DNA of 64,000 bases, from the NCBI RefSeq assembly GCF_006345805.1, contig NC_043015.1, positions 53,444,001 to 53,508,000 of the forward strand. The letters run 5' to 3'. The notes under the pieces are model-generated. The model was not told the DNA's origin. It searched no databases and saw only the letters and a program-made list of their open reading frames with translations. Below are positions 12,557-26,341 of this stretch, in pieces; position 1 is the first letter of the stretch, and every line of letters starts with the position of its first letter. This stretch comes from Octopus sinensis. Lineage: Eukaryota. The translations under genes were made by a program, and so were the position numbers.

Positions 12557-14149
12557 ATGGAAAATACATACAGATATCTTTATATGTATATATATATATC
12601 CACCACATTGGTGGATATAATTCCTTTATTTGTGAATTGTGTGTGTATATACATGGACACACAAGATGCGGGAAAGGACAATGAAGCGGAGGTAAACCAG
12701 AAAAACTTCTTGGTGACACCAGTTTTTAAGTGCACGGCGCGGACATAATGAGAATTGGCGAAATACGGACCATTTAAATATCGTTTCCATCGCTTTGCTA
12801 TAAATACCTATAACAGCCAGTTCCGAATATATATCCATTCTATCCGTCTATGTCGTCATCCTACGTTTGGAAGCTACACTCAAGACCAGAACACCATCAT
12901 CAGATTCGTTAGTACTTTAAGCGCTGGTATTGCTTTCGTCGAGAAATGTTAATTAAATTGTGGATGACAGAATCAGCAAAGCCGTCTTGAATTACGGTTT
13001 CCGTTGTAATCCGAACAGGCAGTCCGCTGTAAGTTAAAAGATTGCTTGTATAGACAAAGTGCAACGAATTCTTCTTGTCAGAACAATTTTGGAATGTATG
13101 TTTGACAGTAGTTATCTTTAGCCACGTCAACGCAAGATTTACATTTCCAGCATGTTAAAAAGATACACAAAGAAATTCATTGAAGACATATTATTTTAAT
13201 AGATTAAAATGAATGAATATGTATCTGATTAGCTAAAAATAATACCGACAATATTGACAAAAATGAGCACATATGTATGTATATATACAACATATATATA
13301 TGTATATATATATGTACATATATATACATGTATGTGTACATATATTCTGAATATGTGTAATATATATATATATATATAATTATATATGTTTGTGTGGTAT
13401 ATGTATATTTAATATTATATATATGTATATATATACATATATGCATATATTTATTATGAATATATATGTATATATTATATATGTATTATATAAAATAATA
13501 AATAAATGTATACATATATGTATCATATATACATATATATATTCATGTAATTATGTATATCTATATATATATATATATATTTTATATAAATATGTATATA
13601 TGTATTCATATATATATATATGTATATTATTTTATATGTATATATGTATATATTATATATGTAATATATATATATATATATATAAATATATATATATATT
13701 TGTATGTATAAAATACGCATATATATGTATATGTAATATATATATATATATATATAATGATATAATTATTGATAATAAGAAATATTAGTGTTAGTTACGG
13801 GTATAAACAAGAGCATAAACAAGCGAATAGATAGCAATTACGATACCAAATGGTAGTAAAGAGCAGTAATATATAAATGCCTACGCACACACAAACACAC
13901 ACAGGGATATATACACAATACCAAGACAAAAAAGGTGCAAAGACTGTGATGCTGGTATTAATTGAACATAACAGATTGGAAACAGTGGAGAAATCAGCGC
14001 GGGGCCTACAGCATTGAAGACAATAGCAGACGCGTAATTAAATTAGCGGCAATTATGTATGTTCTATGTACTGGTATATACAAGTGATCATGCATGTATG
14101 TGTATAAAAATACATACACACACATATATGGGTGTATATATACATATAC

Positions 14150-14189
<40 letters not shown>

Positions 14190-14390
14190 TACACATACAC
14201 ACTTACACATGGATATATGTATCATGTATGAGAGTGTGTATAGATGTACACACTCACATATACACATGTACACATTTATGTGTTTATAAGTCTATTGCTT
14301 ATATATGTGAGAGAGAGAGAGAATGAGATGCCGATATAGAGAGTGACAGACAAAGAAAGTCAATTATGATGCGTGTGTGTGTGTGTATGT

Positions 14391-14421
<31 letters not shown>

Positions 14422-15909
14422 CTAACGGGTATATTTGCAAGTGCTGACACATGAGTATACGACTACTTGTCTTAATTATTTTTTCTCGTTCTTGTCTCTT
14501 ATTTCATATTCATGTTGTCGTTTGTTGTTGTTTGTTGTTGTTGTTATTCTTGTGCTTATTGTTGTCGTTGTGTGATTCCATTTCTATTGCTTCTCACTTT
14601 CTCTTTATCTTTCTCTCACCCCGCCGCCACCACCTCTCCTCGTTCTTGTTTTGTCTCTTCATATATATATATATATAATATATATCTATATATATATATA
14701 TATTTGGTTCTTTTTTGTTTCCTGCAGCTCTTTTTCGAAAAACCTGTCTTCATGCGTTACTACGAATATCACTCGCGTCAGACTGAAAAAACAAACAAAC
14801 AAGCAAGCAAAAAAAAAAACAACAACAACAACAAGGAAACAAAATAAAACAAAAACACGAACATAGAAGAATATTGAAGCACGGTCTGTGACTGCGGCGG
14901 ATGTACATAAGACGAAAAGCAATAGATACGAAAAAAAGCGCACAATTATACGAAAGGTGCAAGAAGAGAAGGAACGAGAAGGAAAAATAGTAGGAAGGAA
15001 AGAAGGAAAGAAAGAAAGAAAGACATAGTAGTCATGAGAAAAAATATAACAGTGTTTACGAGGCGAGATTTTCAAAAAACTGAAAATTTTTATCTGCGAA
15101 TACATCACCTTTTCTTTTCCTTCGTTATCTTTTCGTTTTCTTTCGTTTTCTCCAAATCCGCCCCTCCCTCAACCTCACTACACCGGCCATTAACTGACCT
15201 GAATCTTGGTGAGATGAGTTTGGTTATAACAAGTTTGTGACGTTATATGTCAGCGGTTATCCGCCGACGGTGACTTTTGAATTTTTAGTCTTTCGGGTTC
15301 GAGTGGGGTGAGTTGATAAAAATAAGCACCAGTTAAGTTCTTGGCTCCACATACCCAGCTTTACATTTGCTCCTGCAAATATAACAAGTATTTATACCTG
15401 TATACACACACTTATCTATGTCTGTCTATCTATCTATTTATTTATCATTTTGGCCGCCATGGGTTTTGCAGTAAATCACTAAATCATCCATAACTTTTGT
15501 ATTATCCTCTCAAATTACACCAAAATCTCAGACAATAACAAATAATATTGTATTTATTGTCTGTGAAAATTATAGAATATAAAACAACTTTGATAAAAAC
15601 TTATACCTACTTTTCTGACGAAAACAATGCCGTTCTGAACAGTTTGGCCGCAACTGTATATGCCAATATGTTGATGTATCATTGGTAAACTCAGCATTAA
15701 ATTCAGTTATGGGCGTTTATGCATTTTAATGTATTCTACAAAAGACTATTACTTGAATATATGCAATTGTATTTTAATGAATCACTGCGCATGCGTGTGT
15801 TAATGTGTTGGAAATTGCAGGTTCTACGACTTCTATATTATTCGAAACTGGATTTGTTTCATTAAATTGATGTCTATATGTCAATTCTCCCATTATACAT
15901 ACACATACT

Positions 15910-16013
<104 letters not shown>

Positions 16014-16207
16014 CCACGATTTTTGTCAGTGAACAGGTCGCGGTCTTGAAGCGACGAAAATATTTTGACAAATTAAACTTAAATGTTGAAGTGAATCGAA
16101 CGGCTTTTATGTGTTCTTTAAATGGCTTACAAACACCTTCCACGCTGCAATTGTTTTCGTTTCAGCACACGATCTCAGCTCAAATCATTGCTATGCAAGA
16201 ACATCTC

Positions 16208-16280
<73 letters not shown>

Positions 16281-16344
16281 CGTATGTATATTGAGTATAT
16301 TGAGAAAATGGAGAAATTGACATATAGAAGTCAATTTAATAAGC

Positions 16345-16510
16345 ACAGGTGTGAGTGTGTGATAAGAAGATTACGTCCCGACCACATGGTTCCGGGTTCA
16401 GTCACACTGAGTGGCACCTTGGGTGAGTGTCTTCTACTATAGCCTCTGGCCGACTAAAGCCTTGTGAGTGGATTTGGTAGATGGAAACTGAAAGAAGCCT
16501 GTCGTTCATA
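16345..16510 (+). mobile_element. SINE family B head
   Basis: ggttccgggttcagtcacactgagtggcaccttggg...ggaaactgaaagaagcc followed by (TA)n. Confidence 0.8.
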
Positions 16511-17129
16511 TATATATATGCTGCAAAATGCACGCTTGTTAACATCTCTAGCGGGTAGATATATCCTTACCAACTCCAGCCCTGATACCACCTGATCTCG
16601 TGATCTCGACCTTCCTAGGTCTGCAAAGTGATGAACGTTCAACTAATAGATATAGCAGAGTAATTTCTGCACAAATGTCTTCTATTCAGGTTTGACAGAT
16701 TCAGGTCATAGAATTCCTTGGCATAGAAAGTTGTTTTTGTTGTGTTTCAGGTTTCACAAGAGAATGTTTTTAGAAGTATTTATTGGTCACCCAGGTATAC
16801 CGTGTGAACGTGTCAAATGCAGAAGTGATCACACACCAACGTGAAATCAAGTGTTTTGCTGAAGAACAGAAGACGCCGTTCGCTCCACAATCTTGCAGTA
16901 CAACAGCTTTTATTATATTTATATATTTTATATCCTATACTTGATTCAGTCATTGTGAACCAGTGATGATAACGTCATATCTGCTGTTGATGCCTTTTTT
17001 TCGCGATAGGATTAATGCTCCTTGAATGGGACCCAAGAATGGACACAAGAATGGGACCCAATGCTTCTTCAATGAGACCCTCGTAGCTACGAGGTCGCAA
17101 TTTCGTTTCAACTCTGTGGTATAGAAGTA

Positions 17130-17160
<31 letters not shown>

Positions 17161-18448
17161 TATGTCTGTGTATGTGTGTAATAGAGAGAGAGAGTGACCG
17201 TTTTAAAATTTTTATGATGCAAAATTCCATGTTTTTCACTGTAACATACACATACACATAAATAAATTCAAACACACACACACACACGCACACACACATC
17301 TAGGAATCTATGCGAATTCTTCGATTCTTTCACCAGCTGATACCTAGAGCTAATTATCAAACAACGTACGCCCTGCTTTCGAAACTAGCACCGCCCTATT
17401 TCCTTTTGTCAGACACGACACCCAAGCACCTCCTTTTTCCTGTAGTACAAACCAGAACCATTAGCACAGTTCGCAGAGAGTACCAACAAAAAACAAAACA
17501 AAAGAAAAGTATCATAAAATTACTTTGCGAAACCGATGTACGTCGGAATGTAATGCAATGCCAGACGACCCTACAGACGAAGTCACATTTTAATTGGAAT
17601 ATGTCTAACAAACGGAATCGTTCTGAGTTACTCCTTTTCCAGCTTTCTTACACAATACAGATACAACAGAGATTTTGTTTCTTTACCCGGTAAACCCCGT
17701 GTATGAATGTCTGAAGACCCCTTTATTTTCTTAATGAGGATTCTTATTTGGTTTCATAAAGAGTGAAGTTAGATAATTCTCTAGATTGACGTCCACAAGT
17801 TAGCCGTTATACATATATAGTCAGATAAAGGAAATATACATAATATACACACACACACAGAGTAAGATACTCATGCATACACATTGCACCAGGTACAATC
17901 TCATGCTACCAGTAAACCGCATATATACGTAGCATATGTTTAAAACTTTCAACACCAAACCTTGCTCATGTTACTTGCACCTCCTCCATCACTCTATACA
18001 TATATAAATAAATTCATTCACAAATATATACATGTGTGTGTGTGTGTGTGTGTGTAATAATAATTCCTTGCTGCCCATTTCTATTTTAATTCGTATTTAA
18101 AATTGTAGCTTCTATTTTCCGAGAATGACAAACTTCGTCATATCTGCGAAGCTTCTTGTTGCAAACTTCGTGAGCGTAGAAAGGAAACTGAGCTAACTGA
18201 CTCTTTTGCCATCCTGGAGGGAGTAAAAGCGTGGAAAATGACACTGGAATATAATCTTTATAAATGAATCGAAGCTTTATTCCAAGAAAAAAATTATGCG
18301 CTAGTCTCCCTTTTTACGTAACCTTTTTTTAAATTTTAAAGTATTGGCTTCGATAAATAGTTGAAAACTTTACTTGGGAAGCAAACTTCTTACCACACAG
18401 CCACGCCGGCTTTTTAAATAGATTTATCCCAGTCTTGAGTCACATTTT

Positions 18449-18542
18449 AGATCCAAATTCAGTCATGTGACCCCAAAGGTTTCTTTGCCGGCTGCTTCTT
18501 TCGATAAGAAACCTCCGGGGTCACATGACTGAATTCGGATCT
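18449..18542 (-). other. 37-bp-stem hairpin (mini-MITE or candidate pre-miRNA)
   Basis: Arms 18449-18485 and 18506-18542 are complementary except for three A/C positions, which become G.U pairs on the minus strand; 20-nt loop. Confidence 0.85.
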
Positions 18543-18589
18543 TAAAGATGGCTCAAGAATATTCTCCATGGGTTAAATCTTTCGAAAAA

Positions 18590-18720
18590 GCCAACGTGGC
18601 CGTGTGGTAAGGAGTTTGCTTCCCAACCCCATGGTTCCAGGTTCAGTCCGTCGGCGTGGTACTTTGAGCAGGTGTCTTCTGCTACAGCCTTGAGCCAACC
18701 AAAGCCTTGTGAATGAATGT
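18590..18720 (+). mobile_element. SINE family B head
   Basis: Matches the B head consensus. Confidence 0.75.
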
Positions 18721-19081
18721 GCTGTATGATGACCGTCAACCTGCAGGCTCGAAGGCAAGCAGTGAAAAACTGGCTTTACTCTGTCTTTTTCTCTCTTTAC
18801 CTCCCTATTCGTTTGTTTGTCTATTATTCCTGGCGCTTCCTTCTCGACGAGAATAATAGAACTCTCTCACTTGCAATGAGTGAAGGCAGGCAAAGAAAAA
18901 CAAAATGCTTCTCGATGGCCATCCATTTCTTCACAACTCTCCCCAAAAGAACAGGAAAGCAATTCAATCACTACTTTTCTTTCTTTTCTCGCTCAGCAAA
19001 CAGGAGCTTTATCTACCTAAATATATCGATTGTTTATAATTCATAATAAGAAATGCAAGAATGAGAAACACCCGAACACGC

Positions 19082-19198
<117 letters not shown>

Positions 19199-19499
19199 TG
19201 TGTGTGTGTGTGTGTGTGTGCGTGCGTGTATGTGTGTGTTTGGAGGCGCAATGTCCCAGTGGCTAGCAAATTTTCTAGAGAACAATTCTTAGTGGTAAGA
19301 CCATAGCGGATCTACTTCTAGCATTAGGGTGTCCACATAGGTGTTAATCCCTCTTATATGTATGTAATACTATTTACTGAACCTCAGTTTTTTTAATATG
19401 CTAGAAAATTGGTATTAAATTGATGTTATCAAATTAATATCTAATTTTTTCACCATTATTTTAATTTTAATTTTAAATATATACGTATATATATATATT

Positions 19500-19601
<102 letters not shown>

Positions 19602-19606
19602 CAGAC

Positions 19607-20047
19607 ATTATTGCTGCACATCAATTTCGAGCAATATTATCCCTTGACAGGTCCCTTAAGCATGAGCAGATCGGGTGTTGCTTTTTAAGAATCTCTAGGG
19701 ACCTAAACTTTCATGCACACGTACGCACATGTAGCAACAATGGTCGCCTCTTGCAACAGGCCTTCCGGGACTTTGCAGCTGACCCGGAATATCTCAATGA
19801 CTTTCTGGCCGTTCTTAATTACGGAAAGCCGTAGAATGCAACACTTAATAGAGATGATAAAAACGAAGAAATCAAGGAGAGCCCATGCCTGAAGGATTTC
19901 GAAGTGAAAAAGTCTTTCCACGATGCCAATCCCGCCCCAGCCTATGCATTTGCCAAAGAGGAAGAACTTGGCTACGTCATTGGAGGGAAACGAAATCGCG
20001 CTGTTCTATCTGCGTTTTCAAACGTGATACAACAGCGTGATGTCTAA
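19607..20047 (+). pseudogene. Degenerate coding-like segment of unknown identity (147 codons, one internal TAG at 19832)
   Basis: One frame without frameshift: IIAAHQFRAILSLDRSLKHEQIGCCFLRISRDLNFHAHVRTCSNNGRLLQQAFRDFAADPEYLNDFLAVLNYGKP*NATLNRDDKNEEIKESPCLKDFEVKKSFHDANPAPAYAFAKEEELGYVIGGKRNRAVLSAFSNVIQQRDV*. Visibly more GC-rich than its flanks. Family not recognised. Confidence 0.4.
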
Positions 20048-20049
20048 AG

Positions 20050-20250
20050 AAAGACTAGGGGTCCAACGACGTACTTAGCAGTATTTGACCTACCCCTACG
20101 CTCTGAGTTAAAATTCAGCCGAGTTTTAATTTGCCTTTCATTCTTTCGGGTTCGATAAATTAAGTACCAGTGAAATACTGGGGTCGATGCAATCGGCTAG
20201 TCCTCTCCTCCAAAATTTCAGACCTTGTGCCTATATTAGAAAGGACTATT
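20050..20250 (+). mobile_element. SINE family A copy
   Basis: Matches the family A consensus. Confidence 0.75.
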
Positions 20251-21744
20251 ATAAAATAGTATTAATTCGTTATAATATTAATATATTATTACAGAAATGT
20301 GTATAGAAATGCAACATCCTGTCGTCCTTCTTGTATTAATTTATAGAAGGTGAGGTACCTGAGGCCTGGGTAAAAATGCACGGATTCTGATATGACTTAG
20401 GCTGAGAACAGGCCGTTGCAGTTTCCTCGCCTAACGCTGCATATGACACAATACGCAGAAATCACCCTGGCGAGCCTGGATCCATCCTCATCCAAATCAA
20501 ATTTACGTCACTGGCATTTATTCACGTTGACCTTTACTCGAACCACACTGCTCTCAGAACTTATGTACTTCGCAAAGCGGGGGGAAAGAAGCCAACCGGA
20601 TTCATATTCTTACTGAGGGTTGGTTTCCCCTTAGTAAGGTCGAGTGGAGCGGAAAGCATTTTCGTTGTGGAATCTATTTTATTGTTCTCAGATGATTTAA
20701 TTGAAGGGTTGCGAGAATTTCATTTTAAGGACTGTATATAAATGGAAAAAAGGGTTGCAGGTCTTCGATACAGGTTTAACGTAACAGCATATTCAGACAC
20801 ACACACACACATACACACGCACACAAACACACACACGCACTTGTGTTCGTGTAAGTATATGCATATATATATATATATATATATACATTATATATATATA
20901 TATATCACAATTACATATCGGTATATATGGATATATAAATAAATCCATATCTATAGACACATCACTTTTCCTAAGCTAGGTGCTTATGTGTGTGTGTGTG
21001 TACACATATATGGATACATGTGTATGAGAGTGGGAGTGAAAGAGAAAGAGAAAGAGACAGAGAGACAGAGAGAGCTGAAGAGAGATAGCTAGCGGGATAC
21101 ATATATGAAGATGGATGTGCGAGTGAGTGTGCGAGAGAGTGTGCGCGTGTGTGCGTGAGTACATGTGTGTGAGTGTGTGTGTGTTGTGTGTATGTGTGCG
21201 TCTATTTAAAAATCGCAACGCTTTTCACGAAATGATAAAAGTCATAAAATTATTTTAATTGGCGGTGTAAACATTGGCTGAACTTCAATTCCTAAGATAA
21301 TCTAAAATATTGATTAATATTAAGAGAAATAATTAAACAAACATAAATCAGGGAAAATCAACAAACAAGGCACACTACGGTATATAATACTAAATGGACG
21401 ATGGTTTTGTGACAGAAATTGCAACTAAAATAGATTGGATGTGTTTGTTTCAGTAGCATTTGTGGTAGATATAGGATGTTGGATTCGGGGTTCGAATGAT
21501 ACTCAAGTCTTTCGCTAATCATGATATTAAAATTTACTTGAATACGTATTTCTTTATTGTAAATGCACAAATAGGATATTTGCTGTTTACAACAATACTG
21601 TTTTTTTTATTTAAATTAATTTTGATTTTATCTAGTTATATCGTTTTATTTCCTGATATTAGCTATGGTTGCATAAATCTATTTACAAAGTTATCCATCA
21701 CATTGTGTGTGATATATATATACAGTGAGAATTTACATTATAAA

Positions 21745-21900
21745 AAATAGCAAAAACGAAGATGGGTGTGTCAATAACAAACAGATGTATTAGTTTAACG
21801 TTCGGGAAGTGAAAAAGTCTTTTACGTTTCGAGCCTACGCTCTTTGACAGAAAGGAACACGAAAATAAACAGGGAGAGAAAGAAGAAGGTTTAGTGGCTA
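21745..21900 (-). mobile_element. Penelope-like short repeat with minimal hammerhead-like motif (21819-21854)
   Basis: Minus strand: CTTT-CTGTCAAA-GAGC-gtag-GCTC-GAAA-CG-TA-AAAG. Stem I CTTT/AAAG, perfect stem II, palindromic ACGT stem III, altered core. Confidence 0.55.
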
Positions 21901-22274
21901 GATACGTATATATGTTATACACGTATACACACACACATGCGTATGTATATATGTATGTTTATATACAAGTATGTATATATTGATATATTGTTGAAGGTGA
22001 AAGTTATTAATCTGTTATTGTGTCGAGCCATTTATTATTCTCATCAGCATCTGATGGGACTAATAATGTAAGGAATAGAACCAATATCAAAGAAGGCAAC
22101 AATACACTACGACAACGATGATGGCGATGGCGATGATGCTGATGCTGATGATGATGTCAGTGATGATGACTATGTTGGTCGTGGGAATGATGATTAGGAT
22201 GATGATGAGGGGAATGGATAAGATGGCAACGATGATGATAGTAGTGTTGGTGTGGGTAGTGGTGATGGTGATTA

Positions 22275-22780
22275 AGTCACCTCGGCGGAATTTGAACTCA
22301 AAACAAAAAGACAGAAGAAATACTGCTAATCATTTCGCCCGGCGTGCTAACGTTTCTTATTTCTCTATTGTCCACAAGGGGCTAAACATAGAGGAGACAA
22401 ACAAGGAGAGACAAACGAATTAAGTCGATTACATCGACCACAGTGCGTAACTGGTACTAAATTTATCGACCCCGAAAGGATGAAAAGCAAAGTCGACTTC
22501 GGCGGAATTTGAACTCAGAACGTAACGGCAGACGAAATACCCCTAAGCATTTCACCCGGCGTACTAACGTTTCTTATTTCTTTATTGCCCACAAGGACAC
22601 ACAAACGGATTAAGTCGATTAAATCGACCCCAGTGCGTCACTGGTACTTAATTTATGACCCCGAAAGGATGAAAGGCAAAGTCGACCTCAGCGGAATTTG
22701 AACTCAGAACGTTACGGCAGACGAAATACCGCTAAGCATTTCTCCCGGCGTGCTAACTTTTCTGCTCGCTCGCCGCCTTA
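22275..22780 (-). mobile_element. Head-to-tail array of three SINE family A copies
   Basis: Three successive ggcggaatttgaactca...cccggcgt.ctaac units with intervening tails. Confidence 0.85.
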
Positions 22781-24011
22781 ATGGCGATTAATACTGACAC
22801 ACTAAAACTTATAACGGAGATTATCATTATTTTTGTTACTGCAAATCATAGATTCTTTGATTTTTCAGTTTCTTTCTTCTTGAGAAATATTCCAGCCTTC
22901 ACACTTCTATACTTTCTCCAATTGTCCTTTCTCACAAATACTTAATATTTCACTTACCTCATCGGATTAAAAGATTAAATATGACGTTAATCCTAAGACA
23001 TCGACTAAAGTCATGTTCACTGCAAACAGCAAATCGTACGTTTTCTATCTGAGCATCATCTCCTACCCTCATTCACTAGATTTTGTATAGTATTAACGAT
23101 CTTTTCGAGACTAGTAAGTGTTGAATTTCTTTCATCATCCTAAATAAAAAATGAACAAGCCTCCTAATATCCCCCACTTCTATCCTATATACATCCTCTT
23201 AACTACATTCTTTTATGCGAAGTTATTGTTTTATAATTATCCAAATGACTTAGTAAACATTTATTTAGATATAAGTCTTCTTTGATCAAACTACTCACAT
23301 AGGATTTGAGCCTAGCCAAAATTGAACTCTGCCCTCTTATAACCAATAGAGATCTATACAAGTAACCTTTATATAAAGTTTGAATAATTGATTAACAGGA
23401 ATCTAGAGTAAATATCTTTTAGCGTTTCCCACGGAGCCGGCTTAGAAGTTTTATATGATGCATCAAATCCCATATGGATGTTATTTTCCAAAGATATTAC
23501 AGGGTAACTTTCTCTGATCAGAGAGTAAATAAAAATTTTAGTTATTTCAGCGAATCGGTGGAAGGTTAAGTTAACACCTAACGCCAGCGAGAGATTAACA
23601 AAATCGCTTTAGCGTTCCCTCTGAGATAACTTAGGATATAGCATCATTGCTAGATATAACACATGGATTCAATACGTTTTGTTATTGTTTTTTTCTTAAG
23701 CCTTTTCGATCCGTCAGGTTTATTTTCTTTTCAACCTTTCTGATCTCCTGTATTTCATGTTGAAAATAAAAGTCACTTATTATTTATTATTTATTTTGTG
23801 TTTATTCTTGTCCCAAATGATACGAAGATATGACACCAATGTTGACATTACTGGTTGAAGACCTAGAATCCATCATGCACTCTGTGAAGTCTGCAAATAT
23901 ACATATATATACTTTATATATATTATATATATATATATATATATAATGATATATATATATATATATGTTGTTGTGTGTGTGTGTGTATGTGTGTGTGTGG
24001 TGTGTGTGGAG

Positions 24012-24042
<31 letters not shown>

Positions 24043-24468
24043 TGAATGTTTGTATGTGTATATATGCATGCGCGTGTGTATATAGTAATTTGTTTATGCG
24101 TGTATATGTATGTGTATGAACTGTTTTTATATATAAAGTGAGTGATTGAATTACTTCTGCGAAGCGGTTTTTCTCGGATTTCTCCAATGTATCAAATAAT
24201 CAAAGACAAGGCAAAAAAAAAGAGAAGCTACTGCACAGATACATGAAAGTAATTGACTCCGTGACAAACAGATAAATTCACACCCACGCCATATTTGACA
24301 TTATTAAATGGAATTAAGCGGCAAAATGTCATTTGGTTAACCTTTAATCAAGACACATGATCAACACGAATAAAACTCCCAAAGGTATACAAACCGCCAA
24401 GTATAATGCGGCCAGTGCAACTAAAAGCATTAATGCTACGTAACCAACATCGATATACCCGATGTGGT

Positions 24469-24487
24469 GAAGGTCAAGCGAAGGTCA
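24469..24487 (+). promoter_or_regulatory. Perfect AGGTCA-n5-AGGTCA (DR5) nuclear-receptor-type element
   Basis: gaAGGTCAagcgaAGGTCA: half-sites at 24471-24476 and 24482-24487, in a repeat-poor stretch. Function not shown. Confidence 0.3.
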
Positions 24488-25156
24488 AGAGGACTGTTAG
24501 TTATAGATAATGGCCGAAGTGCCATTTGAAAGCTGTACACACTGAAATGGTTGTTGATTGACTACTTGTGCAAATAGACTTTCTGCTATTTGAATATTTT
24601 AAATGGAAGCCTTGAAAAATTCCCTTTCGCTTATATAGAGGTGGCAATAGGCCGGAATAATCTGGGTGACTTTCTCCCTTTATTTCTCTTTCTCTCTGTC
24701 TCTCTACGTCTCTCTCTTCCTCTCTTTCTGTCTTTCTTTCTTTCTCTTTGATTCATGACTAGAAGAAATGTAATCTTACAAGTTGCAGTCTGAAGTGGTT
24801 CCACAGCAATTGTTCACTTTGATGGGGAAGGAGTCATCAGGACCATGATTTCCGGCGCCGTTCCTTACATATATAAAAGTGAAATGGGGAAACAAGGGTA
24901 ACAAAAACAAACAATAGATATTTTTTCACCCACTAACCTTGATAACAATAAAACGCTGGATTTTTTTTACAATAAAGTTTATAAAACGAAGCTTGGAAAC
25001 TATGGCATCAGCAGCCCAGCAGGCGGTGACATGAATCTGATCTCATATGAATCTTATCATCAAAAGCACAAAAGTTTTTGTCGCAACAGTAGACATAAAT
25101 GTAAACTCTGAACAAAGTGGCATATAGTGCAAGAGCATTGACTAATAATAATAAAA

Positions 25157-25236
<80 letters not shown>

Positions 25237-26291
25237 TGCCCTGATGCAGTACCAGGCAGTGGCTCTCATGGCTTCTGATCTTAACTGATTGGAAGTGTTA
25301 TCATATACATTGTTCTGTCTTGATATAAAAGATGGGCTACAGCAAATATTCTGCTCCATACCACAGATTTGTTAACCAGTTGAGCATGTCCCTTAGTGGC
25401 TGACGATATGTGCATCTCTGATCATGAGCAGAAGCAGTGGGGGAGCATCATAGCCATGTGTTGAGAGGAATTCTTTGGGGTTTGGATAATTCACCTTTGG
25501 AAATATGAGTGGTTCATTCAACATCCTTAAACAATACTTATTCACAGACCGTTTGAGTGGGATGGGCTACTTGACCAGAAGAAACTTCTAACTGGGCCCC
25601 ACCTGTATGGTCATGCGCTGTTTATCTTGATATGAGATTACTATGTCGCGCACATAAGGTTGTGATGCATGTGCCTAGTGTACTCTTATCAGACGGGTAG
25701 TCATGATGGGTATACTAGGCTTCGTATATTTTACCCCAGTGTCACTTTGATGGCATGCACTACTCTCTGACACAATGTTAATAATAATAATGCCGTGATG
25801 CAGTACCTGTCAGTAGCTCTCATGATTTCTGATCTTAACTGATTGGAAGTGCTATTATGTACATTGTTTAGTCTTGGTATAAAAGATGTGCTACAGCAAA
25901 TATTCTGCCCAATACTACAGATTTGCTTGTTAGTTGGTTGACCTTAACCAGCTGAGCATGTCCCTTGATAACTGATGATATGTGCACCTCTGATCACGAG
26001 CAGAAGTAGTGGTAGGACATCATAGCCATTATTTGAGAGGAATTTGAGTGGGTGGTTTGACTGTTTCTTTCAATGTACTTAAATAGCCCGTATTGAGGAA
26101 CCTTTTGAACGGGTGCGTTACCCAACCTGCACTGTTTATCTTGATATGAGATCACCATGTCGCACACATATGGTTGTGATGTATGTACCTTTATCCGTCT
26201 GATAGTCATGAGTTTATTGAGTTTCGTATATTTTACCCCAGTGTCACTGCTCTCTCACTCAATAATAATGATATTAATAATAATAATAATA

Positions 26292-26341
<50 letters not shown>

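Noticed and set aside
22958-23019. Exon-like cassette tttgcAG|62 nt|GTAAGT on the minus strand
   Set aside because: Stops in all frames, and such pseudo-exons are expected by chance in 64 kb of AT-rich DNA.
24800-24845. CTGATGA on the minus strand as a hammerhead
   Set aside because: No stem II closure and no GAAA at the right place. Similar lone hits at 12898, 22045, 28000 and 35032 were also dropped.
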